This document shows positions 44,897 to 55,120 of a DNA stretch of 64,000 nt, in pieces. Positions within the stretch are counted from its first letter, which is position 1. Every line of letters begins with the position of its first letter. The translations under genes and the position numbers were made by a program. The DNA lies in the IMG/VR virus record IMGVR_UViG_3300032287_003622, positions 32,001 through 96,000 of that record, one strand, 5' to 3'. The stretch comes from a virus. A model generated the notes under the pieces. The model was not told the origin of the DNA. It did no database searches and saw only the letters and a program-made list of their open reading frames with translations.

Positions 44897-46175
44897 ATAT
44901 CTCCTGATTGGGTTGCAGTATATCTGCCATGGTGTAGGTATCACCGCGTATTTGTTCTAATTTTAATACACGACGCTTGCCTTTAGCAAGTCCGGCTTGC
45001 CATTCAGCAGGCCACTGTTCTTCAAATGTGGGTCGCTGTTTGAGTTGTAACAACACATCTTGCAGGGCACCCGGCGGCAAGCGGTCTACTAGATCATTCA
45101 CTGTGATGTCTAGCAACTGTCTAGGCAAGGCCAAGGGACTCATTATAATATCTGGAGTAAAACTGAATATGACCTTGGCCAAAACATCTACATCCAGCTC
45201 ATCGGCCAAACGTTGTATGCGTTCAACTTCAAACAGACCTGGCAAGGTCAATGTAAAATCTATACGCATCTGTCGGCGATGTCGTGCTATTTTATTACCT
45301 TGCCGGAAGTTGGCCAGCCAGGATTCATAATCTAGTCCAGTCCTTATGTATTCACCTGTGGCCTCTGTTCCGTCCAGGCTGGCACATATCTGCCAGTCAC
45401 GTATGTGTGCCAGGATATCCGTATAAAGATTTGTTCCTTTATATTCCACTCGGCTTAAATTGGTATTGTATCTGGCATATACCCTAGGTCCATCGCCTAG
45501 TTCAATGATACGTTTCATGTAACGCCAATGTTGTTCGTACATGAGCGGCTCACCACCTACCCAGTAAACTTCTTCCACTCTGTGCTGTTCCACAGCCAAG
45601 GCAAATTCGGCTTCAATTTGCGTGTCTTGATAGGCCGTGATCTGTTCACGCACTTCGGGACGCATCCAGGTGTTCTTGGGGTTTGACCAATCAATCATGT
45701 TGTGCTGACGTTGTTCCGTTTCCCAGGAACTGGACAACATGTCTCCACACATGCGACATTTGAAATTACATAGATTGCTGAATCTATAGTCCCAACTCAC
45801 AGGTCTTGTTCGGGTAAAACCATAGCGATCAGTGGCACGCATGCATTCTTCATACTTGTGCTCAAATAATCTATTGAAATAATCTCTGTATACGTCTGTG
45901 TTCAATAACTTGTTGTTGCACACTTCACACTCGGACAAAGTTTCTCCCAGCATCATGCGCAATCTTACACTGCGCATGTGTTCGCTGTTCCAATGTTCGT
46001 CCAGACTCACAGGATGATATTTGCCTGTTCCAGATTCAGTGTCTATGTATTGTTCAAAGTTCTGCGCAGGTTCTCTTGACGCACAACACATTCTGCGTTC
46101 GGTCTGCGGACTGAGGTATGTGTGTGTCCATGGTGCCATGCACAAGGTTTCAGGACGTTGTTTAGGGGCCGGCAT
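44868..46175 (-). CDS. radical SAM protein with N-terminal twitch/SPASM-like domain
   Basis: C.APW.H..CC..C..C; CNFKCRMC; GGEP. Confidence 0.88.
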   Translation of the reverse strand: MPAPKQRPETLCMAPWTHTYLSPQTERRMCCASREPAQNFEQYIDTESGTGKYHPVSLDEHWNSEHMRSVRLRMMLGETLSECEVCNNKLLNTDVYRDYFNRLFEHKYEECMRATDRYGFTRTRPVSWDYRFSNLCNFKCRMCGDMLSSSWETEQRQHNMIDWSNPKNTWMRPEVREQITAYQDTQIEAEFALAVEQHRVEEVYWVGGEPLMYEQHWRYMKRIIELGDGPRVYARYNTNLSRVEYKGTNLYTDILAHIRDWQICASLDGTEATGEYIRTGLDYESWLANFRQGNKIARHRRQMRIDFTLTLPGLFEVERIQRLADELDVDVLAKVIFSFTPDIIMSPLALPRQLLDITVNDLVDRLPPGALQDVLLQLKQRPTFEEQWPAEWQAGLAKGKRRVLKLEQIRGDTYTMADILQPNQEIYDWYQAIAT

Positions 46176-47376
46176 AGTCTATGAGTTCTGCAAATTCTGG
46201 TTCAACCCAAGCAAGGTTTTGTTGTCGCTTGCGATCTAAATCTGCTATGCGCATTTTTAGAATAAATCCATCAAGACTGACGCCATTGTTCATAAAATCA
46301 ATGATGCGGGCGAATTCATTGTGTGTGGCCTTATCAACATCAGCGACAGCCAATCGCTCAGCAATGATTTTTTTGGCCTTGTCTGGTAAAGTGCTGATAC
46401 TAAAATAGTAAGCTTCATGCATCATGTTCCAATAAACAAAATCAAATCCTTGCTGAGCAACCCAAGCAGCCACTTCGGCAATGTAATAAACATTAAACAC
46501 ATTGACGGTGGTGCACACCTGTAACTGTATGTGGCTGTGACGCTGTCTCAATTCTTTGAATTTGACAATGTTTTGTTCAACTTCGGTCCACACAGCATTG
46601 GTGCGCTGATATTCAAATCTGGATCCAATATCGTCGATGCTGAATGCTATCTCAACCAGTTTGAAATGTTTCCAAATAGTTTCGGCATTTTCTGGCCATT
46701 GTGTGCCATTAGTATTGTAGTGTATTTCTATGTTGCCAGCCAGTCCACGATCGACCAAACCTTGCAACACGTCAAAGTGCTCCTGGATCATGAACGGTTC
46801 GCCGCCGGTGAACTCGATATATTGTATTTGATCTACAATTTTTTCAATCTCGGTCCAAAACACAGGATTTTCTCTGGGCCAGGCACCTTGTCGCAACATG
46901 TGATAGTGATGATTGGATTTTTTGTCTTCATCTGGTCCAAGATTAGCCAGTTCTTCTGTGGCAAAGGTGCTTGAACTCCAGCTTCCACAAATCCTGCATT
47001 TTAAATTACAAATATTGCCTAATTTAAGATCTAAAAACATCAATGGTTTGGCATCCACTGTCCAATGTTGTTGTGGTAGAATATGCTTGAGGCGATCCAG
47101 GGTATGCATGCGTTTGCTGGTGCGACCAGCACGCTCTTCTCTCCAGCACTTTCTACAGGTTTGAGGCTGTTGCCTATCCAAGAACTGCTGGCGCAGATTT
47201 TTCATGTAAACACTGTTTTGTATACCACCAAAACTGGCTGTGTTAAGATCAAACTTGCACCCTTGGTCGTCCACGATCTCTTCTTCGGCCAAGCAACAAG
47301 GCCGCACTGTGCCAATGGGACTGCTCTCCAGGCTGATCCAGGGTAAAACACAAAATTTATCGTGAGGCAAATTCAT
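46162..47376 (-). CDS. radical SAM protein with N-terminal twitch/SPASM-like domain
   Basis: CVLPW..PCC..C.KC; CNLKCRIC; GGEP; TNGT. Confidence 0.88.
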   Translation of the reverse strand: MNLPHDKFCVLPWISLESSPIGTVRPCCLAEEEIVDDQGCKFDLNTASFGGIQNSVYMKNLRQQFLDRQQPQTCRKCWREERAGRTSKRMHTLDRLKHILPQQHWTVDAKPLMFLDLKLGNICNLKCRICGSWSSSTFATEELANLGPDEDKKSNHHYHMLRQGAWPRENPVFWTEIEKIVDQIQYIEFTGGEPFMIQEHFDVLQGLVDRGLAGNIEIHYNTNGTQWPENAETIWKHFKLVEIAFSIDDIGSRFEYQRTNAVWTEVEQNIVKFKELRQRHSHIQLQVCTTVNVFNVYYIAEVAAWVAQQGFDFVYWNMMHEAYYFSISTLPDKAKKIIAERLAVADVDKATHNEFARIIDFMNNGVSLDGFILKMRIADLDRKRQQNLAWVEPEFAELIDYAGP

Positions 47377-49270
47377 GGTCTATAATCTCTGTGAGTCGAT
47401 CGGCCCAGGCTTTGTGACATCTCGCACTATGATGCACACCGTCGTTGCCTTGATTATCAAATATCCAACTGCGCCCAGCTTGTGTTTGGTTGTCGTGCAT
47501 GACTATGTGCTTTTTTTCCAATATGTGTTTGCACACTGGATCTACACTTTCCAAAAATATATTGACAATGGGTATGTCCAGGGCCTTGCAAATCTCATTG
47601 GTAGTGACAATATCATCTAGCCAAGTGGCCAAGAAGTTCTGTTCACCGGCTTTGAGTTGGTTGGACAGTATAGCGTGTGTGTCTGACATGGTCATTGGAA
47701 CTGGGACATTTTGTTTCCATACAGTGCGTCTCATAGGATTTGGCCATTGTGCAATTATCAATCCAGGCCGGTTTCCGGCTCCAATCCACTGCATGAAATT
47801 ATGACGACATATGGTAGAATTTCCGCCATCCTTGGCCAAATTGTGTATGGTGCGTTGATAGTGCTCACTGAGTAGAATGACATAAATTTCACTGTGCAGG
47901 ACACCGATACCAGCAGTATGGCTGCACCCAACAGCGACCCAATCGTTGGGCTGGCTATGCTGTCTTGGTTGCCAAGTCCATGGCTGGTCAAAATATGTTT
48001 GCAGTGTAGTAACATTTAATGCGTGCAATTCTGGCAAAACCTCTAACACTTGTTCTCTACGTATTTGATCCAACTGTGAGGTCTTCTGCCAAAATTTTTC
48101 AATGAGATCATTGTTGTTGGTGGCACGCATGAAATTCATGGCACTTTCAAAACCCATGGTGGCACGTTGTAAAGGATCTTTGGGACGCAACCAGGCCAAA
48201 TGTTCTTCATACTTGGTCCTAATACATTTCTTATATGGATCTGGTGCTATGTCTATTCTTAAATAATCGGGATCTTGAAGGATGTTGACATTTAGATCTT
48301 GAGGTCGTATAAACCCAAGATCAGTCCAAGCGCGATGGAAATCTGGCAGGTGCCAAGCATTCAAGATACTGAGAGTGGAACTGATATAAAAATCAACTTC
48401 GGGGCATGTTTCCAACATCTGAACACGATTGCGTTCCACAGTGTCCCAGTTGGTCCCTTGGCGTATATATTCGGCTCTGGGACCCATGGCATCTAGACTG
48501 GCACCTACCGCTACACTTTTGAACTTTTTCCAGTAATCAAACACTGTGCGGTCTTTGAGTCGGACATGTGTGAAGTTGGTATTATAGATCAAACGCACAT
48601 CAAAACGTCCACGACGCTCTAGTTCGTCTAAAATATTATAGTGTTCTTTCATCATCAACGGCTCGCCACCGGCAAAGTAAATTTGCTCAACATAGTCCAG
48701 ATGCGGAATCAACTGTTCCCACATGTCTGTTTCGGTGCGTCCTGCGTAATTTAAAGCCAGATTCTGCTGGGCCCATGTTGCCCCGGCCAATTTTGCCTGA
48801 TCTTGATACCAAGAACTGCTGAAGATATGTCCGCAACTACGGCAACTGAGATTGCACAAGTTACTGAAACGTATGTCCCAGTAGGTCATACGGAATTCGC
48901 CATCGTCGATGCGTTTGATATGATGTCCATGATGTTTGTTGGCACTGCGACGACCGCTGAAGAATCCAGATTCTTCCTGTTCATAACAACGATTGCAGGC
49001 CGGATTGAATCGCTCGTTGAGCATGTCGTTTCTCAACTCACGCATTGGTGCGTCTCGATAAATTTCTTCAAGAGTTTTAAGACGAGTGTTGCCCACAGGA
49101 TAGGCCATTTCAGCATGACAGCAAGGATAGGCTTCGCCAGTGGGATAGGCATGCAGGTGTATCCAGGGATAGATGCAGAATCTTTTTGATTCCTTCAGCA
49201 AGAATTCCTCACGCTGGGTGAGTTCTATGGGTTGGACCAGATCGGCTGAATTATACTTGTATTGACTCAT
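47357..49270 (-). CDS. radical SAM protein fused to a C-terminal SGNH-like domain
   Basis: CNLSCRSC; GGEP; C-terminal VGCSHT, NLA..GG and DGVHH. Confidence 0.85.
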   Translation of the reverse strand: MSQYKYNSADLVQPIELTQREEFLLKESKRFCIYPWIHLHAYPTGEAYPCCHAEMAYPVGNTRLKTLEEIYRDAPMRELRNDMLNERFNPACNRCYEQEESGFFSGRRSANKHHGHHIKRIDDGEFRMTYWDIRFSNLCNLSCRSCGHIFSSSWYQDQAKLAGATWAQQNLALNYAGRTETDMWEQLIPHLDYVEQIYFAGGEPLMMKEHYNILDELERRGRFDVRLIYNTNFTHVRLKDRTVFDYWKKFKSVAVGASLDAMGPRAEYIRQGTNWDTVERNRVQMLETCPEVDFYISSTLSILNAWHLPDFHRAWTDLGFIRPQDLNVNILQDPDYLRIDIAPDPYKKCIRTKYEEHLAWLRPKDPLQRATMGFESAMNFMRATNNNDLIEKFWQKTSQLDQIRREQVLEVLPELHALNVTTLQTYFDQPWTWQPRQHSQPNDWVAVGCSHTAGIGVLHSEIYVILLSEHYQRTIHNLAKDGGNSTICRHNFMQWIGAGNRPGLIIAQWPNPMRRTVWKQNVPVPMTMSDTHAILSNQLKAGEQNFLATWLDDIVTTNEICKALDIPIVNIFLESVDPVCKHILEKKHIVMHDNQTQAGRSWIFDNQGNDGVHHSARCHKAWADRLTEIIDHEFASR

Positions 49271-50594
49271 ACCAGCTTTTCAGTGAAGGGAAAGTTTCTG
49301 CAAAGTTTTTGTTTCTGCGTTGATCGTATTGTGTGTAAAACTGTCGGAAGTCATTGAGCAGTTTTGGCTTATCAAAAGCTTCGCTGTGTGGAGTCTTGAC
49401 CTGATCCAAATAATTTATCAAACGTTCAGTGTGACGGATTTCGTGTTCGTGCATGTAGTCCTGACCACGATGTTGATCCAACCATGCTGTCAAGCGTTGT
49501 GCATAATCTTGCTTGATAGACTCAGGCAAGACCAAGGCACTTTGGAAACTGGGGAATCGCAGTATATTCAATGTAAAGTTCACACGATCTCGGCCATACA
49601 CTTTCTTTAGTCTGATCAGTTGATCCAAGAATGTATCCAAACTGTCCAAGCACAGGGCATTGATGGTGGCCATACAATGCACAGCTCGTATGTGTTCATG
49701 TTCTAATAGCTCTTGGACATTGTGCATCCATAAGTCGTAGTCCAGACCATCTCTGATGTATTCAGCTTGGGCACCATAGGCTTCATTGCTGGTATAGATC
49801 TCCACGTGTGGAATATCCTTCAATGCATCTCTAAACTCAAACAAGCGCAACCGATCCATGCCCAAGTTGCTGTTGATAGCCAATCTTGTTTGACTCCGTC
49901 CCTTGTTGGCTTTGAACCAGTCAATCAGTTTCCACAGTTCTCCACTCATGGTGGGCTCACCTCCGGTGATTCTCAGTTCTTGCAAGGTCCGATGTAGATC
50001 ACTTTCCCACCAGGCAAAGAAAGCTTCAACATAGGGATTGGTTTCTCCAAAACGATACAGTTGACTGGCTCCGTGCTCGTGCGTGAAATGATTACGACCA
50101 TCACTGACCAGATCCTGATAAGGGCCATTATTCTTGATGTCTCGGACCCAGGTGCTAGAAAAAGCCGGATTACAATAGCTACATGCAAACTGACAAGTGC
50201 GATCAAAGGCAATTTCAAGAGTGCGTAAATCCACGTCTTCTGCAGGCGGTGTCTTATAGGCTCGATCCAAGGCCTCAATGGGATATATTTTACTTTTGTA
50301 AACACGATCACTTACAGCATCTACACCCATGTCTTCGATTTTCCAGCAGTATTCACAGCCGGCAGGACGTTGGCCTTCCTGCATCATTTTGCGTTCTTTT
50401 TTCTTTAGATAGGTATTGTGCAAGGCTCGTGGATTTTTTTCTACATCTGCTACTTCAACTCTGTGTGCCGGAGGATGATGACAGCTTGTGGTTTGTCCGC
50501 TGCCCAACCATATGGTAGCATTGTACCATTTGGCTGCACAGAAACTGGCACTTTTAGTATCAAGGATCTGACGTCTAAACTCTAGGTCATTCAT
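49251..50594 (-). CDS. radical SAM protein
   Basis: CAAKW..SCHHP..C.YCW; CQFACSYC; GGEP. Confidence 0.88.
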   Translation of the reverse strand: MNDLEFRRQILDTKSASFCAAKWYNATIWLGSGQTTSCHHPPAHRVEVADVEKNPRALHNTYLKKKERKMMQEGQRPAGCEYCWKIEDMGVDAVSDRVYKSKIYPIEALDRAYKTPPAEDVDLRTLEIAFDRTCQFACSYCNPAFSSTWVRDIKNNGPYQDLVSDGRNHFTHEHGASQLYRFGETNPYVEAFFAWWESDLHRTLQELRITGGEPTMSGELWKLIDWFKANKGRSQTRLAINSNLGMDRLRLFEFRDALKDIPHVEIYTSNEAYGAQAEYIRDGLDYDLWMHNVQELLEHEHIRAVHCMATINALCLDSLDTFLDQLIRLKKVYGRDRVNFTLNILRFPSFQSALVLPESIKQDYAQRLTAWLDQHRGQDYMHEHEIRHTERLINYLDQVKTPHSEAFDKPKLLNDFRQFYTQYDQRRNKNFAETFPSLKSWYESIQV

Positions 50595-51654
50595 GGAAAT
50601 AGTGTTTTTTTATAAATTGTTTGAATCGTTTTGGGAATTCATGCCGGACCTTGACTCTCATGTCGGCAAGATGTTGCTGATTGTATTTACATACATTGTC
50701 ACAATCCTCAAGGAAAGCTGCCAGATCCTGATTACATAAGTCTTCTACTATGACAGCAGTTCGTTGTAATCTGTCTTGATTGTTGTCAATGAGATCAAAA
50801 CTTTCATCTATGACCTGACCAAATGTTCGAAATCCCATGTTGTGCATGTCTCTGTAAAAACCTCGATTGGCCACAGCTATCCAAGGATGACCCATGGCTA
50901 TGGGTTTCCAGATTTTTTCAGTTCTAAAACTGTAGGGGTAATCATACACGGTTTCTGTGACCAAGCTGAAATAGGTGTCAAGATAAGGTTGAGCTTTGAG
51001 ATAAATCTCGCCCCATAGGCCACCAAAACGTTGATATTTAACGAATCCATGGTTGTCTATTACGGTATCAGCAAAATGATCAAATTCATATTTTTTGTCT
51101 AGTATTTTCAAGGGACCGGCGGCACTGTCAAGGTTGGTCCAAATACATTGATCCAACAGACCGTGCAATCTCGACAACAGGTATTTTCTGTGAGGTCTAT
51201 TGCGTCCATTGAGAAACAAAAGTTTATAGGGTCTAACAAGTCCTTGTTGTTTTTTGTATTCATCGATGGCCTGTAGATTTTCCTCATAGTCCAATATCTT
51301 GGGCAGAAAGCTGTCATACTGTAAACAGGGCCATGCTGGATCCATATCGCCGCCGCCAATCAATAGAATTGTTCCGGACTTGACCCAAGGTTCTATGCCA
51401 TACATGGCACAATGACGTGCCAGAGTTTCTGAGCCTTCGGCAGGATTACTTAAAATAACCTGTATCACTTTTTGAGAAACCAGATTCTTGATCAAATCAA
51501 TGTGTTGGGTAAATTGCGCACGGCCAATCAAATATACTGCGCCTGGCACTATGTGGTGTTGATCCAGGTTCCAAAATTCTGCATCAGCCCATGGTCGCAA
51601 CAGGTCGTATACTTCACAGAATGTATCCAACACCAGTTTACGATTGCCTAGCAT
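50587..51654 (-). CDS. TEK-family protein
   Basis: LNGR.R.HR; VTET...TEKIWKPI..GFRTF...DESFD. Confidence 0.65.
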   Translation of the reverse strand: MLGNRKLVLDTFCEVYDLLRPWADAEFWNLDQHHIVPGAVYLIGRAQFTQHIDLIKNLVSQKVIQVILSNPAEGSETLARHCAMYGIEPWVKSGTILLIGGGDMDPAWPCLQYDSFLPKILDYEENLQAIDEYKKQQGLVRPYKLLFLNGRNRPHRKYLLSRLHGLLDQCIWTNLDSAAGPLKILDKKYEFDHFADTVIDNHGFVKYQRFGGLWGEIYLKAQPYLDTYFSLVTETVYDYPYSFRTEKIWKPIAMGHPWIAVANRGFYRDMHNMGFRTFGQVIDESFDLIDNNQDRLQRTAVIVEDLCNQDLAAFLEDCDNVCKYNQQHLADMRVKVRHEFPKRFKQFIKKHYFHE

Positions 51655-52987
51655 GATACTCGCATTCCTGCCACCAAGCACGCATTTCTGGAAAGGTCTT
51701 TAAAAAATCTGTGGCGCGGCGGCGGTCATGTTCGGCAAAGAATCTATAGAAGTCGGCTTTGTTCTTGTTTAGGTATTCTGCGGATAACTTTTGACCATCA
51801 CGCATCCAGGCAATGTCTCTATCAAGTCTAGCAAGCTCGTAATCTTTAAATCCGTGGAACGGATCGTCTTCACGTTCAATTTGTCTGATCATCCATGCCC
51901 ACAATTGTTCAAGCTGATCCACATAACTTTCTGGAAGCAGTTGCAAACTTTGCCAAGTGGGTTGTCGTAACACCGGTGTATCAAACCATACACGCTGATA
52001 AGTTTTACTATATAATTTTCTCAGTCCCAATATGCCAGCAAATAAGTGCGGAAGACCGGTTACACTTAAATTGTTCATGGTAACAATAAAAGTAACCGAG
52101 TTACGACCTGGAATGTCTGTCAAGAATTGGTTAACACGATCCCATAAGAGATCAAAGTCCAGGCCGTGTCTAATGTATTCGGCTTGGTCGCCAAAGCTAT
52201 CTAAACTAACAAACTGCATAAAGTGTTCAATCTTCTCGCCTTCACACAACTGTTTGACATAGCCTTTGTATTTTTGCCAAGACTTCTCATCAACACTGAA
52301 GTTGCTGGTCACATTCAAGTGCAAATCGGGCTTGGGATTGGCCAGCACCCAGTCAAACACACGATAAGTGTTCTTGTCCAACATGGGCTCACCCCCGGTC
52401 ATGCGGAAGTGCTTGAGTTCTGGATACAAGTCGGGCCACCATGACCAGAAAGCATCTACATAGGGATTGTGCTCACGAACAGGTATAGGACAGCGACGGC
52501 CTACAAAATGACTGGGATCATTGTGCGTAGTTGTGGTAGGATATCCACCGTGGGATTCAACTTCTTGTTGCCAGGTGCTCGAAAACTGCGGACTGCAATA
52601 GCTACAAGCAAGATTACAAGCATGATTAAAATTGACTTCAACATAACTAGGGATAACATCTTCTTCTCCATTTGAATTTACTATAACATCAAAGTCCTTG
52701 GCGGCCCAGGGCTCACCCGATCGATAGTGTCGATCGCTTAATTTATTGTTATCTTCCATGGCCCAACAGTAGCCGCACTCACTAGGGCGTTCTTGCTTGA
52801 GCATGATCTTACGTTGTTCTTTCTTGTAAGGAGTGTTGTGTAGTGCGCCTGGATTATCTTTTAACAAGTCTGCGTCTATAGCGTGTAATGGCGGATGGTA
52901 ACACGAGTTGTTGAGCCCAGTAGGCAAGTGCAGGCTTACTTGTTTCCACTTAGCAAGGCAGAGAGCATGACCTAACTGCTCTTTCAT
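51638..52987 (-). CDS. radical SAM protein (paralog of 49251)
   Basis: CLAKW..SCYHP..C.YCW; CNLACSYC; GGEP. Confidence 0.88.
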   Translation of the reverse strand: MKEQLGHALCLAKWKQVSLHLPTGLNNSCYHPPLHAIDADLLKDNPGALHNTPYKKEQRKIMLKQERPSECGYCWAMEDNNKLSDRHYRSGEPWAAKDFDVIVNSNGEEDVIPSYVEVNFNHACNLACSYCSPQFSSTWQQEVESHGGYPTTTTHNDPSHFVGRRCPIPVREHNPYVDAFWSWWPDLYPELKHFRMTGGEPMLDKNTYRVFDWVLANPKPDLHLNVTSNFSVDEKSWQKYKGYVKQLCEGEKIEHFMQFVSLDSFGDQAEYIRHGLDFDLLWDRVNQFLTDIPGRNSVTFIVTMNNLSVTGLPHLFAGILGLRKLYSKTYQRVWFDTPVLRQPTWQSLQLLPESYVDQLEQLWAWMIRQIEREDDPFHGFKDYELARLDRDIAWMRDGQKLSAEYLNKNKADFYRFFAEHDRRRATDFLKTFPEMRAWWQECEYHARQS

Positions 52988-53024
52988 TTCTTCTGCTGAA
53001 CTTAAAAATTTTGATTTTGTAATT

Positions 53025-53924
53025 TTAAAATCTCTTTTCTGGCCAAACAGTAGACCATTCTTTCATGTCGTAGGGTTGTTCTTTTGACATAACTTTTTTA
53101 TCATACTCTAGTGCCCACTGCACAGTATCTTCACTTAGTTGTATCTCTGTTAAAACTTTTTGCAGATATTCTAAATGTTCAGCTGGAGTAGGATGAGGAT
53201 CTGTGCGTATAAGACGTTTATCTAATTTAAAATGTCCGTTAATTTCGTTCCAAATATTAGATTTGATACCTTTAAAATTCTGAACTATAAAATCTTTCCA
53301 ACTTGGCCAGCTTGGACCTTCTAAATTTGCATAAGACTGTTTCCAGTGGCTCCAGTCTACGTGTCCGGGTCTGCTATACCAATCCTTATTAAAGATTACT
53401 TCATACACACTAGGACGTATCATTTCAAATTCAGACTGATACAGGTCTATAATTTGCTGATCAAAATTATATTCACGACAGTCTTCAATGTCTATGTTAT
53501 TGTCATGATATGTAAAAGGCACCATGGATAAAAAATACCAACGACATCCAATGGATTTTAATAAAGTAACTGTGGCAGATACTATAGACAAGTCTCTAAT
53601 AAGATAACCAGTGGGATCTACATACTGTTCAATATAGTCTGGAGTATAATCAGTTCTACCATACACGCTGCCTTCTAATTGCCAATTGCCGTTGATCCAT
53701 CTGTCGTCGCGAGTAATACCAGACCACATGATAATTACAGTATCATCTTTGTTAATTTGCCGACGCTTAACACATTCGGTCAATGAATTTAATATGAATA
53801 AATTACCGCCGCCATTCATGCCCCAATTTTCAAATTGATCGAATTCGCTTCCTACTATGTCAGCCCATGTGGGCCAACAATAATTGGTAAAACTACAACC
53901 AAAAGTAAACAGTCTATTATTCAT
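53025..53924 (-). CDS. SGNH-like protein
   Basis: FGCSFT, N.G..GGGN and DPHP. Confidence 0.65.
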   Translation of the reverse strand: MNNRLFTFGCSFTNYCWPTWADIVGSEFDQFENWGMNGGGNLFILNSLTECVKRRQINKDDTVIIMWSGITRDDRWINGNWQLEGSVYGRTDYTPDYIEQYVDPTGYLIRDLSIVSATVTLLKSIGCRWYFLSMVPFTYHDNNIDIEDCREYNFDQQIIDLYQSEFEMIRPSVYEVIFNKDWYSRPGHVDWSHWKQSYANLEGPSWPSWKDFIVQNFKGIKSNIWNEINGHFKLDKRLIRTDPHPTPAEHLEYLQKVLTEIQLSEDTVQWALEYDKKVMSKEQPYDMKEWSTVWPEKRF

Positions 53925-53939
53925 ATCATATTATTATAC

Positions 53940-53947
53940 TATAAATA
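53940..53947 (+). promoter_or_regulatory. T4-type late promoter motif TATAAATA
   Basis: Exact motif in a divergent intergenic region. Confidence 0.45.
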
Positions 53948-53974
53948 TTTCCACGATACAAGAATAATCCACAC

Positions 53975-55120
53975 GTGAATGCAAAAATCCTAGCCAGAGC
54001 ACCATTTGATCAATGGACTTTTGACTTTTTTTCTGAATGCGTTCCAATGATCCCGGAGCAGTCAGATGTATATTATGTTTGGTCAGACCCTGCAGAAAAC
54101 ATTGGACCTATTTTGAATGGTTTGGAATACAACAATGCCAACGTTTTTATATTTATACCCGAAGATCTTAACTTATACGACTTTAATCCCTGGACTGAAT
54201 CAATTACCATGGGTGTTCGTGCCATACTTGAAATTGTGAATCGGCACCTAGATAAAAAATTTGTAATAATTACTGATGTTATTGACCTACAGCAAGAAAT
54301 TAAAAATGTGTCAAATTTGCGTGTGGTCCAAACTGAATTTATAACAACCGAACACGAGCAGTATCAACACCTTCCAGCAGTGGCAGATAAAAATTTTAAT
54401 TCAGACAAGAGCTATATTTTTCTTAACAATAGGCCAGCTGCGCACAGAGTATCTGCTGTAGGTTATCTATTATATCACGGTTGGGACAAACACGGGCTGA
54501 TAACTATAAGCAAGTTTTTTCACGATCACGTAAACAAATATGAGTCATATTTAGATTTTGTAGGATGGCAATTTAGTCCAGAACAAGAATCAACGATCAA
54601 ACCAATTTTGTTAGATGGGTTTAAGCAATTACAAACATATCCCAATTACAATGACGAATATGTAAAAATTGCACATCAAAATGTTAACAATTATCAACAA
54701 CATCTTATACCAAGATATCAAAATAGTTTTGTTGAAATTGTCCCTGAAACTTATTTTGCGGAACCATCCAGTATGCTTACAGAAAAAACTCTCAACAGTG
54801 TGTATGGTTGTAATTTTCCTATTTTCCTGGCCACACCAAATCTAGTAGGGTATCTAAGAAATTTAGGACTAGACATGTTTGATGATGTAATAGACCATAG
54901 CTATGATCAATTGACTAATGTGTTTGACCGTATGACCCAAGCACTCAAACTTAACCAGCGCCTGTTAGTTGATGTTGATTATGCCAAATCTTGTTGGCAA
55001 GCAAATCAGCAAAGATTTTTAAAAAATGTAGACTTTGTGAGGCACAGTATGTATAAAACAATTCATCAACGGGCCAGAGATCAATTCAAGTCAGCGGTGG
55101 AGTGGGTAAATGCCAATTGA
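53975..55120 (+). CDS. TEK-family protein (opposite strand to its neighbours)
   Basis: LNNRP..HR; VPET...TEKTLNS..P...GLDMF...DHSYD. Confidence 0.65.
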   Translation: MNAKILARAPFDQWTFDFFSECVPMIPEQSDVYYVWSDPAENIGPILNGLEYNNANVFIFIPEDLNLYDFNPWTESITMGVRAILEIVNRHLDKKFVIITDVIDLQQEIKNVSNLRVVQTEFITTEHEQYQHLPAVADKNFNSDKSYIFLNNRPAAHRVSAVGYLLYHGWDKHGLITISKFFHDHVNKYESYLDFVGWQFSPEQESTIKPILLDGFKQLQTYPNYNDEYVKIAHQNVNNYQQHLIPRYQNSFVEIVPETYFAEPSSMLTEKTLNSVYGCNFPIFLATPNLVGYLRNLGLDMFDDVIDHSYDQLTNVFDRMTQALKLNQRLLVDVDYAKSCWQANQQRFLKNVDFVRHSMYKTIHQRARDQFKSAVEWVNAN